Positions 22,000-32,600 of a stretch of DNA of 64,000 bases are shown piece by piece. Both the position numbers and the translations under genes were made by a program. Positions within the stretch are counted from its first letter, which is position 1; each line of letters starts with the position of its first letter. This DNA comes from Syntrophales bacterium (GTDB lineage Bacteria > Desulfobacterota > Syntrophia > Syntrophales > UBA2210): positions 384,001 to 448,000 of the forward strand of contig CAXXNF010000002.1 of the NCBI GenBank assembly GCA_963666365.2. Direction: 5' to 3'. Below the pieces are notes generated by a model. The model did no database searches. It was not told the DNA's origin and saw only the letters and a list, made by a program, of their open reading frames with translations.

Positions 22000-24344
22000 T
22001 TTCCGGTTTTATTCTTTGGCATTTTTTTTATTGTTTTGCATTCAGGGTAGCCGGTGCAGGCCAGGAAGGGTCCGAATCGGCCTCGCTTGACGGCCATCGG
22101 TTTTCCACATTTTTCGCACACTTCATCCGTGACGATTGATTCCTGGGCCGCCGCCGTCACTTTGCCGTCTTTGCCGAGCTTTTTAATGTTTTTGCATTCA
22201 GGGTAGCCGGTACACCCCAGAAAAGATCCGTAACGGCCGCGCTTGACCGCCATGGGTTTTCCGCATACCTCACAGGTTACATCTGTTGACGGCGCCTCCT
22301 GCGGGACGAGATCCCCTTTTTCATTCCTGGCAGCATTCATGGTGTTTTTGCATTCAGGATAGCCTGAGCAGGCCAGAAAGGGTCCGAAACGCCCTTCCTT
22401 CACCACCATGGTTCTGCCGCATTTGTTGCACTGAATGTCTGTGGTTTTAGCTTCCACGTGTTTTACCTTTCCGTTTTCGTCATGGGTGAAATTCATGGTG
22501 TTCTTGCATTCGGGATATTGGGAGCAGGCGAGAAACCTTCCATTTTTACCCCATTTTATTACCATGGTACTGCCGCACTTCTCACAGAGTATATCAGTGG
22601 GTACCTCTTCCCGCTTAATGTTGCGCATCGATGTTTTGGCCTTGGTGAGCTCCGACTCGAAGGGTCCGTAAAAATCGCGCAGCGTATCCGATCTGGTGAT
22701 CGATCCATCTTCGATGTGATCCAGTTTGTCTTCCATGGATGCGGTGAACTTGATATCAAGTATGTTTGGAAAATTCTCCACGAGGAGATCGGTGACCAGT
22801 GTGCCCAGCTCGGTGGGATGAAATCGTCTTTCTTTCAAGTCGACATAGTCGCGGTCCTGAATGGTACTGAGTATTGACGCGTACGTACTTGGTCTTCCGA
22901 TTCCTTTTTCTTCAAGCTCCCTGACAAGCGATGCCTCGGTGAAGCGCGGCGGAGGCTGGGTAAAATTCTGCTGAGAGTCAAGGGACTGCAATGACAGGGC
23001 ATCCTTTTCTTTGACATTCGGCAGTGTAAGTCCTATTGCATCTTCATCGGCGCCGTTGTCTTCCTTGGTGTCCATATAGAGCACGGTAAAACCTGCTGAT
23101 TTCATTACGGATCCCTGTGCCCGAAGAAGATAGCGACCCGCGGCGATATCGATGGTGGTTCGGTCAAAAACGGCTGGATTCATTTGTGAGGCGATAAACC
23201 GATTCCAGATGAGCTGATATAAACGAAATTCATCTCTCGAAAGAAATTGTTCGATCTGTTTCGGCGGATAGTGGAGCGAGGCGGGCCGTATGGCTTCATG
23301 TGCATCCTGAGCCCGGCGCCCGCTTTTAAAAATGCGCGCCTTCGGAGGGAGAAAGTCCGCGCCATAGCCATCTTTGATAAAGGATCTGGCCTCTTCGATC
23401 GCCTCCTTTGCAACGCGCACGGAGTCGGTGCGCATGTAGGTAATCAGTCCCACCGATCCTTCCGTTCCAAGTTCAGCGCCTTCGTACAGTTTCTGCGCGA
23501 GCCGCATGGTCTTTTTTGCGGGAAAACGGAATCTACGCGACGCTTCCTGCTGAAGCTTGCTTGTAGTGAAAGGCGGCGAAGGATGACGCTTTACTTCCTT
23601 TTTTTCTACGGTATCGACGACGTAGTCACTTTTTTCGAGATCGGCAATGATCGCGCCGGCTTCTTCTTTTGATCCTACTGTCTGTTTTTTCCCGCTTATT
23701 TTGAAAAGTTTCGCCTCAAAGGGAGGGGGGCTGTCGCCTTCCAGCCGGGCGGCTATGTTCCAGTATTCCAACGGTACGAAGGCGGCGATTTCACGTTCCC
23801 TGTCGCATATGATTCGGACCGCTACGGACTGCACTCTTCCCGCGCTCAATCCCCGCTTTACTTTATCCCACAGGATCGGACTGATCTGATATCCCACCAG
23901 TCTGTCGAGAATTCGTCGCGTCTGTTGGGCCTCGTACTTTTGTTCGTCAAGGGGGAGAGGATTTTCGAGGGCAGAAAGGACGGTGTTTTTTGTCAGGTCA
24001 TTAAAAAGAACGCGTCGGATTTTCTTGTTTTTCCCCCCAATCTCTTCAGCAATGTGCCAGGCGATGGCTTCACCCTCCCTGTCGGGGTCAGGGGCAAGAA
24101 ATATCTCATCGACCTTTCTGGCGGCCGCGACCAAATCCGCCATCGTTTTTTTACGATCGGCGATTACGTGGTACGTGGGGCTGAAATCGTGTTCGATATC
24201 AATTCCCAGCGTACTTTTAGGAAGATCTTTTATGTGGCCGACCGTGGCCTTCACGTCAAAATCCGATCCGAGATATTTTTTTATCGTTTTAACCTTTGTG
24301 GGGGATTCAACCACAATGAGAGCAGAGGGCATAGTAAATCTCAC
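21996..24344 (-). CDS. topA: DNA topoisomerase I with four C-terminal zinc ribbons
   Basis: [27 protein letters not shown], four CxxCG...C..YPEC repeats. Confidence 0.98.
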   Translation of the reverse strand: MRFTMPSALIVVESPTKVKTIKKYLGSDFDVKATVGHIKDLPKSTLGIDIEHDFSPTYHVIADRKKTMADLVAAARKVDEIFLAPDPDREGEAIAWHIAEEIGGKNKKIRRVLFNDLTKNTVLSALENPLPLDEQKYEAQQTRRILDRLVGYQISPILWDKVKRGLSAGRVQSVAVRIICDREREIAAFVPLEYWNIAARLEGDSPPPFEAKLFKISGKKQTVGSKEEAGAIIADLEKSDYVVDTVEKKEVKRHPSPPFTTSKLQQEASRRFRFPAKKTMRLAQKLYEGAELGTEGSVGLITYMRTDSVRVAKEAIEEARSFIKDGYGADFLPPKARIFKSGRRAQDAHEAIRPASLHYPPKQIEQFLSRDEFRLYQLIWNRFIASQMNPAVFDRTTIDIAAGRYLLRAQGSVMKSAGFTVLYMDTKEDNGADEDAIGLTLPNVKEKDALSLQSLDSQQNFTQPPPRFTEASLVRELEEKGIGRPSTYASILSTIQDRDYVDLKERRFHPTELGTLVTDLLVENFPNILDIKFTASMEDKLDHIEDGSITRSDTLRDFYGPFESELTKAKTSMRNIKREEVPTDILCEKCGSTMVIKWGKNGRFLACSQYPECKNTMNFTHDENGKVKHVEAKTTDIQCNKCGRTMVVKEGRFGPFLACSGYPECKNTMNAARNEKGDLVPQEAPSTDVTCEVCGKPMAVKRGRYGSFLGCTGYPECKNIKKLGKDGKVTAAAQESIVTDEVCEKCGKPMAVKRGRFGPFLACTGYPECKTIKKMPKNKTGK

Positions 24345-25462
24345 TCCTTTATCACAAAATATTTTCCCGGTAATTGCGTGATGTGTCCCTGAACCTCCAG
24401 CGACAACAGTATAGTAAGTGCTTCATGTACGGCAATTCCCGATTTTTCGATCACGCTGTCGATATGAATCGGTGTCGTGCTCATATGCCGAATTACTTTT
24501 TCTTCCGAAGGATCAAGTTTCGGGATAGCGGGAGTATCGGTATTGTCGCTTTTCCCCGGCATGGCAGCGCCACGATCAGCGAACTCCACCTGCGGCATAA
24601 TCTCGTTGAGAATATCATCGACGTCCTGAACAAGCTTTGCTCCCTCCTTGATAAGTTTATTGGCCCCCCGCGAACCGCTGGAATCGATACTGCCGGGAAC
24701 GGCAAAGACCTCGCGACCCTGTTCCAGTGCCATGCGCGCCGTAATGAGAGAGCCGCTTTTTTCCGTTGCTTCAACGACGACAACTCCCAGGGAAAGTCCA
24801 CTGATGATACGGTTCCGACGGGGAAAATGATGTCCCTGCGGAGCGGTGGCAAAGGGATATTCAGAGATCACCGCGCCGCTGGAAGCTATTTTATCGAACA
24901 ATTTCTTGTTTTCCGGCGGATAGATGACATCAATGCCGGACCCCAGTACGGCGATCGTTCTTCCCCTGGCGGCAAGCGCACCGGTGTGAGCCGCTGAATC
25001 TATGCCGCGGGCCATTCCACTGACCACAGTAAGCCCTTTCATTACAAGTGCCCGGGCGATTCTGTCGGTAATAAATATCCCATGGGGCGAGGCGTTCCGC
25101 GATCCCACAATGCCGATATTTATGTCGGTACGGCATATTTCCCCTTTTATGTATATAAGAGGGGGGGCATCATATATATGACGGAGAAGCCGCGGGTAGC
25201 GCTCATCCCACTTTGCAACAAGTGAGACGTTCATCTTCCGGGCCTGTGCAATTTCTTTTTCAACTCGTGACCACTGACCAAATGTGGCAATCTGCGCTGC
25301 GATTCGTCGAGATACGCCGGCGACGCCAACAAGTTCATCCCCTGAAGCCCGAAATACTGAAGAGGGCGAACCGAAGGCATCTACAAGTCCCATTGCGGTG
25401 ACGGGACCGATGTTGTCGATCATCGTCAGTGCGATGAGATGTGTCAGTTCTTCATATTCCAT
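24341..25462 (-). CDS. dprA: DNA-processing protein DprA
   Basis: IVGSR, VSGMARGID, FPRRNRIISG, SGSLITA. Confidence 0.96.
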   Translation of the reverse strand: MEYEELTHLIALTMIDNIGPVTAMGLVDAFGSPSSVFRASGDELVGVAGVSRRIAAQIATFGQWSRVEKEIAQARKMNVSLVAKWDERYPRLLRHIYDAPPLIYIKGEICRTDINIGIVGSRNASPHGIFITDRIARALVMKGLTVVSGMARGIDSAAHTGALAARGRTIAVLGSGIDVIYPPENKKLFDKIASSGAVISEYPFATAPQGHHFPRRNRIISGLSLGVVVVEATEKSGSLITARMALEQGREVFAVPGSIDSSGSRGANKLIKEGAKLVQDVDDILNEIMPQVEFADRGAAMPGKSDNTDTPAIPKLDPSEEKVIRHMSTTPIHIDSVIEKSGIAVHEALTILLSLEVQGHITQLPGKYFVIKE

Positions 25463-25701
25463 CCATTTCCCTCACTGAGCCGGTGCCGGTACATTTTTAC
25501 GAGTGACAGTTCGCAGGATGGAACCGCCCATACAATGGCGCTCCTAGTCGATTTAAAAACGGAGTATGCAGGGAATACCGTTCAGTCAAGGGACTATATA
25601 TGGTAGGGTAAAACAGTGTCAAGCTATTTTGCCGGTACCGGTTCTTGACAAGCGCAATGCCCTGTATTACGCTGCGGATAAGGAAAAATCGAGGGTGAAA
25701 G

Positions 25702-28182
25702 ATGCATATACAAAGAGGACGTAGGCGCCTCATAAAAGGAATATGTGCGTTGTTTGTTTTTTTTCTGGTGTTTTCCTTGTGGGGACTCAGACTGGCGCAC
25801 TGCGATGACAAAAAGAACCCGTTGAGGGTAATGCCCCGGAGTATTGATTTAGAAATCGCCAGCGATCACAAAACGTTACCGGCGAGTCCGGTGCGGGTCG
25901 AGGAAGAGAAGGGGCCGCTTCTCAAGGTGTCATGGCAGGACTCTACACTGGGACGTCTGGAAGAACATACATTAAAAAATATTATTGTAAAAATAACTGC
26001 CCGAGGATCGGGAACGCTTTCATGGACTGTCGAATGCACCGAGCCATGGCTTCACCTGAATAAAGAGGACTTTCAGGAAAAATCCGATCATCATGCCTTA
26101 TCTGTCTCCACGGAGGGAAGGGACGGGGCAGAAGAGACGAGTCCGCACAATTCCGAAGAGGTGTTTCTGATGCCTTCTGCACGAAATGGGGCTTTTTTCA
26201 CTGGCCAGGGAGACCGTACCTTCACGGTCACTGTAGATACCCATGGATTGTCCCCGGGAGAGTACAAGGGTTATGTGTATATTCGATCGCAGAGGGGAGA
26301 CGAAAATATTCCGATTTCATTTACAGTAGCGCGTCTTGAATCAATAGCCCTTTCCCCTCAATTAATTACTGTTCCCCTGGGAAGAAAACGACTTTTTAAC
26401 CCAGTCGGTATTTGGTCTGACGGGGTAAGAAGAGATGTTTCGGGGTCATCGGAAGGAGTATGGCGACTCTCAAACCCGGCGGTGGGGTCGTTTTTGCGGC
26501 ATAAGCCCCTCTTTATTGCCACGTCGCCCGGGGTTACGGAAATAGTACGTATTTTCAGAGACATTGAAAGCGAACCGGCCTATGTTGAGGTACGCATGGT
26601 CAATGACGAACCACTGTTGCGCATTATGCCCCAGGAAATCAATTTCGGTAAAATCGGTCCCGGTGAGACATCAAGCAATCAATTTATTCTTGAGAATGTC
26701 GGATCAGGAAGCTTGAATTGGATCACGGGAATGCTTGAAGGATGGGAACAATTGGATGAAACATATCTTTCGGGTATCATCAAAGATGCGCCCTGTCCAC
26801 TGGAGGTGTCAGTCCGGTCACTGCCCAATGAAGAGGCTGGAAAGAAGAATGGAAGCACAGAGAGCCTGTACCCGATTGAGATTGCAATAACGCAGGGTGA
26901 TAAAACAGCGGTCTTTAGAAATCACTTGCGAGAGGGCGCATACCGGGAATCAATCAAACTCTACGCGCACTCCGCCCATCGCACGATATTTCTATCATAT
27001 GAAATTGTCAATGAAGGGTCCAGGGCGTCATTGGATGTGGCCCCTCACGGGTTTAGTCTGGGGACAGGAGAAGCGGGAAGTCGGTATTTCAGAAAAATAC
27101 GAGTGCGAAACAGCGGCAAGTCCCTGCTGCGCTGGACTGTGGCTCGTCAGAAGAATCGGCGCATTTTTTACGGCATATTGCTGCCTGAAGGGCGGTATGT
27201 ATCCTTTGTGAATCCTGCGGTGAGGGACAATGAACCCTATCGCATTCCGGAAGCAATGACTGCATCGCTCAATGTGCGGGGCGGGTGGTATGGCAATAAC
27301 GGATATCCCTACAGTTCGGAAGAAGGGGATGTGCTGAAATACATTTTCAACGGCACAGGGATCGCGATATTCTTATGGAGGCACAGGGATGGCGGGTCAA
27401 TCAAGGCGTTCATAGATGATAGATTTGTCGCGGATATCGACTGCGGAGGAACGTCGAAGGAGCGGTCAGAGCACCTGGTGGCGGAGGGCCTTGAAAAGGG
27501 GCCGCATGTACTCACGCTTGCTACGGTGAAAGAAGGGGCGGTTGTGGTGGAGGGCGCCCGTGTGCACGGGGCAGGGTGTAGAAATGCTGGGGGTAATTGG
27601 ATCACTCTTTTACCGGACAGGGGGACCACTGCGGGAGAAACGGACTATGTGAATGTGGCGGTGGATCTTCGCGGCCTGAACCCCGGCTGCTACAAGGAGT
27701 ATCTGCTCTTCGACTCCAATGGGGGAAGAGATGTGGTCGAAATATCAGTTGATGTAGAGGCGAAAACGCAGTCCGAACTGATAGCCATTCACCGATACTC
27801 AAAAGGAAATGATTGCCTGCTGCTGGCAGGGAAGGGAAAAAGAGACAGTGACCGGATGCTGGGATACCAGGACGAGGGTTTTGCATTTGCACTGTTCAGT
27901 CAATCCCTTCCCGGTACTGCCGAGTTCTATGCCTGGTACAGTCCGGTGCTTCAGGGCCATTATTATTCAAGTGACAGGACTGGGGACGGAAAGAATCTTG
28001 AGGGGTATATCTTTGAAGGATCGATAGGAAACATCGCTGTGGTGCCGTTGCCCGACACAAGGGAACTCTACCGATTCTACAACCCGGAGACAAAACACTA
28101 CGCCTACACCACAGAACTGAAGGGCGGAGAATACCGCACCAGAGGATACCGCTACGACGGCATTGCCGGTTATGTGCGATGA
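25702..28182 (+). CDS. Large secreted multi-Ig/BACON-like repeat protein
   Basis: Signal peptide; repeated GSGTLSW / GSGSLNW / GKSLLRW BACON-like motifs; aromatic C-terminal repeat (ELYRFYNP...HYAYT...GYRYDGIAGYV). Confidence 0.7.
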   Translation: MHIQRGRRRLIKGICALFVFFLVFSLWGLRLAHCDDKKNPLRVMPRSIDLEIASDHKTLPASPVRVEEEKGPLLKVSWQDSTLGRLEEHTLKNIIVKITARGSGTLSWTVECTEPWLHLNKEDFQEKSDHHALSVSTEGRDGAEETSPHNSEEVFLMPSARNGAFFTGQGDRTFTVTVDTHGLSPGEYKGYVYIRSQRGDENIPISFTVARLESIALSPQLITVPLGRKRLFNPVGIWSDGVRRDVSGSSEGVWRLSNPAVGSFLRHKPLFIATSPGVTEIVRIFRDIESEPAYVEVRMVNDEPLLRIMPQEINFGKIGPGETSSNQFILENVGSGSLNWITGMLEGWEQLDETYLSGIIKDAPCPLEVSVRSLPNEEAGKKNGSTESLYPIEIAITQGDKTAVFRNHLREGAYRESIKLYAHSAHRTIFLSYEIVNEGSRASLDVAPHGFSLGTGEAGSRYFRKIRVRNSGKSLLRWTVARQKNRRIFYGILLPEGRYVSFVNPAVRDNEPYRIPEAMTASLNVRGGWYGNNGYPYSSEEGDVLKYIFNGTGIAIFLWRHRDGGSIKAFIDDRFVADIDCGGTSKERSEHLVAEGLEKGPHVLTLATVKEGAVVVEGARVHGAGCRNAGGNWITLLPDRGTTAGETDYVNVAVDLRGLNPGCYKEYLLFDSNGGRDVVEISVDVEAKTQSELIAIHRYSKGNDCLLLAGKGKRDSDRMLGYQDEGFAFALFSQSLPGTAEFYAWYSPVLQGHYYSSDRTGDGKNLEGYIFEGSIGNIAVVPLPDTRELYRFYNPETKHYAYTTELKGGEYRTRGYRYDGIAGYVR

Positions 28183-28265
28183 TGCCGTACAAGGTGTTTT
28201 ACTATCTATTTTACTTGACAATTACAGACAAAGCGGTTAGTCATAACGGCCTGATTACCACATGT

Positions 28266-28342
<77 letters not shown>

Positions 28343-28344
28343 AA

Positions 28345-28390
28345 AAATCAAGGCCTTACGTCACTTAACGATGTAAGGCCTTTTTGATTT
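28345..28390 (+). terminator. Intrinsic terminator after the tRNA
   Basis: Hairpin AGGCCTTACGTC-ACTTAAC-GATGTAAGGCCT followed by a T run. Confidence 0.8.
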
Positions 28391-28396
28391 GGGCTT

Positions 28397-28417
28397 CATG
28401 TAGCCACCATGTAGCCA
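28397..28417. repeat. Tandem 10-bp direct repeat CATGTAGCCA x2 (candidate integrase arm-type sites)
   Basis: Two exact copies with an 11-bp period, about 55 bp inside the island from the tRNA 3' end. Confidence 0.5.
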
Positions 28418-28712
28418 TTTCGGAAAAAAATAACAGGATTTATCCTGCATTCATAAATGGGAATTCATGATAATGAATCAAGCGGTGCTATGTTTTTACA
28501 TGCGTGTAATCTACGGAATAAGGATGGCAAGAAGGATGCCTAGAATTGGCACTCCCACAAAAAACCATATTACCCACGCATTAACGCCTCCCTTATGCCG
28601 TAGCTTTGCAAGTAAATTATTTTCATCATGTATGTTTTTTTTGCCTTGTTAATTTCCCGTTTTATGCTTTTGTGGTAGAGATTGTCATAATCTGTACCAT
28701 GCTTTCCTGTAC

Positions 28713-28777
28713 ACCTAACGCATAGCTAAGAGTCTCGGCGGCTTTTTGCCGCATCCCTCTTTAGCGATTTGTTCAAG
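28713..28777 (-). other. attC-like recombination site (65 bp)
   Basis: ACCTAAC ... GCTAAGAG..CGGC-TTTTT-GCCG..CTCTTTAGC ... GTTCAAG: imperfect palindrome with AAC/GTT cores, right after the stop of ORF 28783-29007. Confidence 0.75.
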
Positions 28778-28782
28778 CACTC

Positions 28783-29007
28783 TTATAGGTGTTCCGCACA
28801 ATGCTGAATACTTGCTGACCAAGGATTCTCGAGCAGGTCAACGACCTCATATTCTGGCATTCTGGAAATCACGTCCAAGGCTGCCTGGATTACAGCGGCA
28901 TTCGTCCCCTTCTGTACTAGGTCGGGTGCCAAGTCTGACATGCAGAAACGTTCAGTGGAATCCCTGTTTTCCATCACATCGATAATGCGGCGGCATATTT
29001 CATTCAC
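28783..29007 (-). CDS. Small hypothetical cassette ORF
   Basis: Stop codon lies 5 bp from an attC-like site; start uncertain. Confidence 0.5.
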   Translation of the reverse strand: MNEICRRIIDVMENRDSTERFCMSDLAPDLVQKGTNAAVIQAALDVISRMPEYEVVDLLENPWSASIQHCAEHL

Positions 29008-29189
29008 GACTTCAGACTCATCCGATATTCCGTTCTCCTTTGAGTTCGTTGAGGAGCCCGAATGCTACACATTCTCATAAAAGCTCCAGTAGAGCGGATT
29101 CGCGTGATGAACCCAGTCATCGTGCTTCTGTCTGAACTGCTCCGCCCGCGCATCAATGTGCTGCTTGTGCTCTCCCGAAGTTATTTGTC

Positions 29190-29666
29190 CTTCTGCCAGT
29201 TCACGGTGAATATATTTCATGTCCAACACTTCCCGGGATGGAGACCCTTTCGTCGCTGGAGGCGGGAAGAGAAGGGCTTCAAGACGACTGTCGTCGAGAC
29301 CGGCTGCCTGCGGCCAGGCAAGACCGGCGTTTTCGGCGCGAGCCACATACTCCCTGACGGTGCTGCGGGCAATGTTGCAACTTTGAGCAATCTGTTTGTT
29401 GGAGAACTTTTTTTCCCATTTCAATCGCAATACTTCCTTTATGGTACGCATGGATAACCTTTCCGCCGCCACAACTTCCTCCCGTTTTTGTCGGAGGTTC
29501 TAACGGCTTTTGTGAAGTTTATCCAGCGTCGCTCATGTCGAACTCAGGGGGTAGCGGAATGATCATATTTGGGTGGCGGAATGCGTCGGAATCAGGTGGC
29601 GGAATGAATCATATTCGGGTGGCGCGTTCCATCATATTTGGGTGGCGGAATGCGTCGGAATATCCA
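29190..29666 (-). mobile_element. istA: Truncated IS21-family element (terminal repeats + istA 5' fragment)
   Basis: TG-initiated end at 29666 with multiple GGTGGCGGAATG subterminal repeats. ORF MAAERLSMRTIKEVLRLKWE...SRLEALLFP...YIHREL is then fused to unrelated sequence; junction position approximate. Confidence 0.85.
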
Positions 29667-29740
29667 ATATCCCGAAGTATTGGTTTCCCCTAGGGACCTT
29701 TCGTGTTGTATTGCCCAATTTTTGTACAAACAACTATCAA

Positions 29741-30225
29741 ATAAAAAAGCCCTACCTCTCACTTTGAGAAACAGGGCTTTTGACAGTCAAACCATAATCC
29801 CCCCTTGGGTTACAGCTGCTTCAAAGTAAACAAATGCATTCAAGATCGGCAAGTTATGTTAATCAGTAACTCTGTTAATGACGTTTTGTCAAGGGATATT
29901 GGCCTTTTAATTCAGCCGATACAATCCAACCCACTTCTATCGCGACAAAATCCCACAATGTGAGAATTTGCAATCAGCATATCAGCAGATAGAACCCCTC
30001 GAAGCCCAAGATATGAGACAATCTCTACCTTACCCCTCGGAGTTCGGTTTCTTTCCGTGGTACCCGCCAAAACACCCCCTACAGAGCAAAAGAAGGGGAG
30101 TATGTGAGATGGCGTTACCGTTTCCTGTACGGCATGTACGGGTACAAGGGACAGTCAGGGATTTGGCACTCAACCCGTCCGTCGATGAAGTAGCCCATAC
30201 ACTCATTACATTCGCAAGAATGTTT
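29741..30225. repeat. Island repeat R1, copy 1 (includes a relic of the Cys-rich gene)
   Basis: Colinear with 44438-44722 and 56986-57450. Confidence 0.9.
30115..30225 (-). pseudogene. 3' remnant of a paralogue of the Cys-rich ORF 57345-57551
   Basis: Translates ...CNECMGYFIDGRVECQIPDCPLYPYMPYRKR*, versus CCECSGYYIDGRVDCDIPDCPLYLHMPYRKP*. Confidence 0.85.
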
Positions 30226-30257
30226 TCTGTTTCGACATTTGGTTGTGAGTCACTTCT

Positions 30258-31061
30258 TCAACCCAACCATCTTTTGCGCCTTTTGTAATGCTTTACTTCC
30301 CTATAGCTCCTCCTTTCATTGATTCGGCTGAGCCCAAGATAGAACTCCTTAACATCTTCATTATTCTTTAGTTTTTCCATTGTGCCATCTAAAACAATTC
30401 TGCCGTTCTCCATAACAAATCCATATTCAGCAATTGAAAGAGCAGCGTTGGCATTTTGTTCGACCAAGAGGATTGTTGCTTTTTCTTCCTGATTTATTTT
30501 TTTCACGATGGCAAATATTTCCTTTACAAGGATTGGACTTAACCCTAAAGATGGCTCATCTAGTAAAAGTATTCTGGGGGATGCCATTACACAAGAACCT
30601 ATGACCAGCATCTGCATTTCTCCGCCCGATAAATAGCCGCTTTCGAGATTTTTTACATCTTTTAAGCGAGGAAAGTAATTGTAAATCTTATCAAGATTCT
30701 TTTTAATCCCAATCCGTTTTGTCCCCCTATTAGCTACAACCCTCAAATTTTCCTCTACTGTTAGATGCTCAAAAACCTTGCGACCTTCCAATGCTTGCAA
30801 AATACCCATCTGCGATATTTCTTCTGGTTTCATTCGATCTATCTTTTTCCCGTTGAACTCTATGCTACCATGAGTTACTTCACCGTCCTCAGTATGAAGC
30901 AAACCAGAAATAGCCTTAAGAGTCGTTGTCTTTCCCGCTCCATTGGCACCGATTATAGTAACAATTTTCCCTTCTGTAAGACTGAAAGAAACTCCTTTCA
31001 ATACTAAAATGGCATTTTGATATTTCACCTCGATATTGTTTACGTTCAGTAACATCTGCAT
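30258..31061 (-). CDS. Liv-type ABC transporter ATP-binding protein (LivF-like)
   Basis: GANGAGKTT, LSGGE, DEPSLGL, LVEQN; basic tail KHYKRRKRWLG. Confidence 0.92.
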   Translation of the reverse strand: MQMLLNVNNIEVKYQNAILVLKGVSFSLTEGKIVTIIGANGAGKTTTLKAISGLLHTEDGEVTHGSIEFNGKKIDRMKPEEISQMGILQALEGRKVFEHLTVEENLRVVANRGTKRIGIKKNLDKIYNYFPRLKDVKNLESGYLSGGEMQMLVIGSCVMASPRILLLDEPSLGLSPILVKEIFAIVKKINQEEKATILLVEQNANAALSIAEYGFVMENGRIVLDGTMEKLKNNEDVKEFYLGLSRINERRSYREVKHYKRRKRWLG

Positions 31062-31211
31062 TTACCGTTCCTTTGTCATATCGAAAAATCTCTAAATCAA
31101 GCTCAAAATACGATGGAGCCTTAAATTGACTCAAAGATATGAATGCCATCGGAAAGACCGGTGGTAATTCACATCGCGAAACAATAGATCTATGCAAACA
31201 ATTACTGTCCC

Positions 31212-32492
31212 TTAGCGCTTTGGCACTTCAAATAATGGGCCCTTCGTCCAATAGGTTTTCGGGCTGAGGTTTGGGAGGGGCTCCCAATCAACCATCGTAA
31301 CATCAATTCCGTTTTCGTCATATGTATACATCTGTGCCCACAATAGAGATGGCCGGTTTTTGGTGTAGGATGTTCTGAAGCCTAACTCTGTCATAGGATC
31401 ATATTCAAGAGAAAGAAAAGCATTTCTTATGGCCTCACCGTTAATATTTTTCCAACCAACCTCCTTCACTACCTTCGAATATACCTTTCTGATTGTCAGT
31501 GCAATTTGCCAAGTATTAAGCGTACCCATCTGACCGGGATAGTCAGGGGGATGGATCTTGTAGTGAGCGCTACGCATCAGTTTTACTCCTTCACGATCTT
31601 TATCACCCCATGCCTGGGTACTTCCCACGGCTACCCACCCTGATTTGTAAGCAAGCTTTGGTCCGATAATTTTCACCGTGTCTCTCCCGCAACTCCAAGG
31701 ACCCCCCGCGAAATGCAATTTGCCAAGCAAACCTAAAGTCTCGGCGCTCTTTATCAGTGCCGCTGGCCCGGCACCCAGAGTATTGTTGTAAATCCAGGTA
31801 CCCGTTCCGCCTTTTGAGTAAATTCTGGTTAACTGAGTACTTGCATCAACCGTCGTTGGTGGATAAAATTCTTCAGCGACAAGTTCAATACCCTTCTTTT
31901 TTAAATAATCCTTTGCTTCCTTCGACCAAAATCCTCGGCCAAATTCCGTATCCCAAGTGCAAATAGCAATTTTGTGGGGTGCGGGTTTCGTTTTTACTAG
32001 CCAATCACAAAACAAGCCAAACTGATCCGGATAGCTTGCCGTAGTACCAAAGACATAGCCTGGCGGATAAATAGACATAAATGTCGGTGAATTTGTATAA
32101 ACACATATTTTATCTCGATCACATCGAGGCTTTAAGGCTTCTATTTGAGCTGAATGACTATAGTGCATAAAAAAAGGAACTTTTGCCTCCTTCCATTCCA
32201 CATAATAGGAAAGTGCAGCCTCCAGTTTCCCCAAATCTTCATGGTCTACCCGCCTCATTGGCACTCCGTTACACCCTCCGGAAGAATTAATATATTTCAT
32301 AGCAGCATCAAAGGATTCGGCCGACTCGGCGTTGACCGAGGCGTAGGGACCAGCCATGTCAGCCATCCGATACCAAACAATCTCTTTTGGCGCATCTTTT
32401 TCTGCCGCCGTTGCAAAAGTGTTGCATGAAATCACCATTGCAATCGACAATAGGAAAATAACAAAAAAATTAATATTATGTTTTCCTTTCAT
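31212..32492 (-). CDS. Liv-type ABC transporter substrate-binding protein
   Basis: Signal peptide; GPYAS..., INSSGGCNGVP, WDTEFGRG; lies in the ABC operon. Confidence 0.85.
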   Translation of the reverse strand: MKGKHNINFFVIFLLSIAMVISCNTFATAAEKDAPKEIVWYRMADMAGPYASVNAESAESFDAAMKYINSSGGCNGVPMRRVDHEDLGKLEAALSYYVEWKEAKVPFFMHYSHSAQIEALKPRCDRDKICVYTNSPTFMSIYPPGYVFGTTASYPDQFGLFCDWLVKTKPAPHKIAICTWDTEFGRGFWSKEAKDYLKKKGIELVAEEFYPPTTVDASTQLTRIYSKGGTGTWIYNNTLGAGPAALIKSAETLGLLGKLHFAGGPWSCGRDTVKIIGPKLAYKSGWVAVGSTQAWGDKDREGVKLMRSAHYKIHPPDYPGQMGTLNTWQIALTIRKVYSKVVKEVGWKNINGEAIRNAFLSLEYDPMTELGFRTSYTKNRPSLLWAQMYTYDENGIDVTMVDWEPLPNLSPKTYWTKGPLFEVPKR

Positions 32493-32600
32493 TTTACACC
32501 TCCCATGTCATTGTTATTCTGGTTTAGTGCTCTTCTTATGCCATCAAACAGTACTGGGCATTTATCATTATTTATTTAACTACTCACAAGATCCTCCTTT

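Noticed and set aside
22030..22620. Near-identical DNA repeats TTTTGCATTCAGG.TAGCC
   Set aside because: They are the normal tandem zinc-ribbon domains of TopA.
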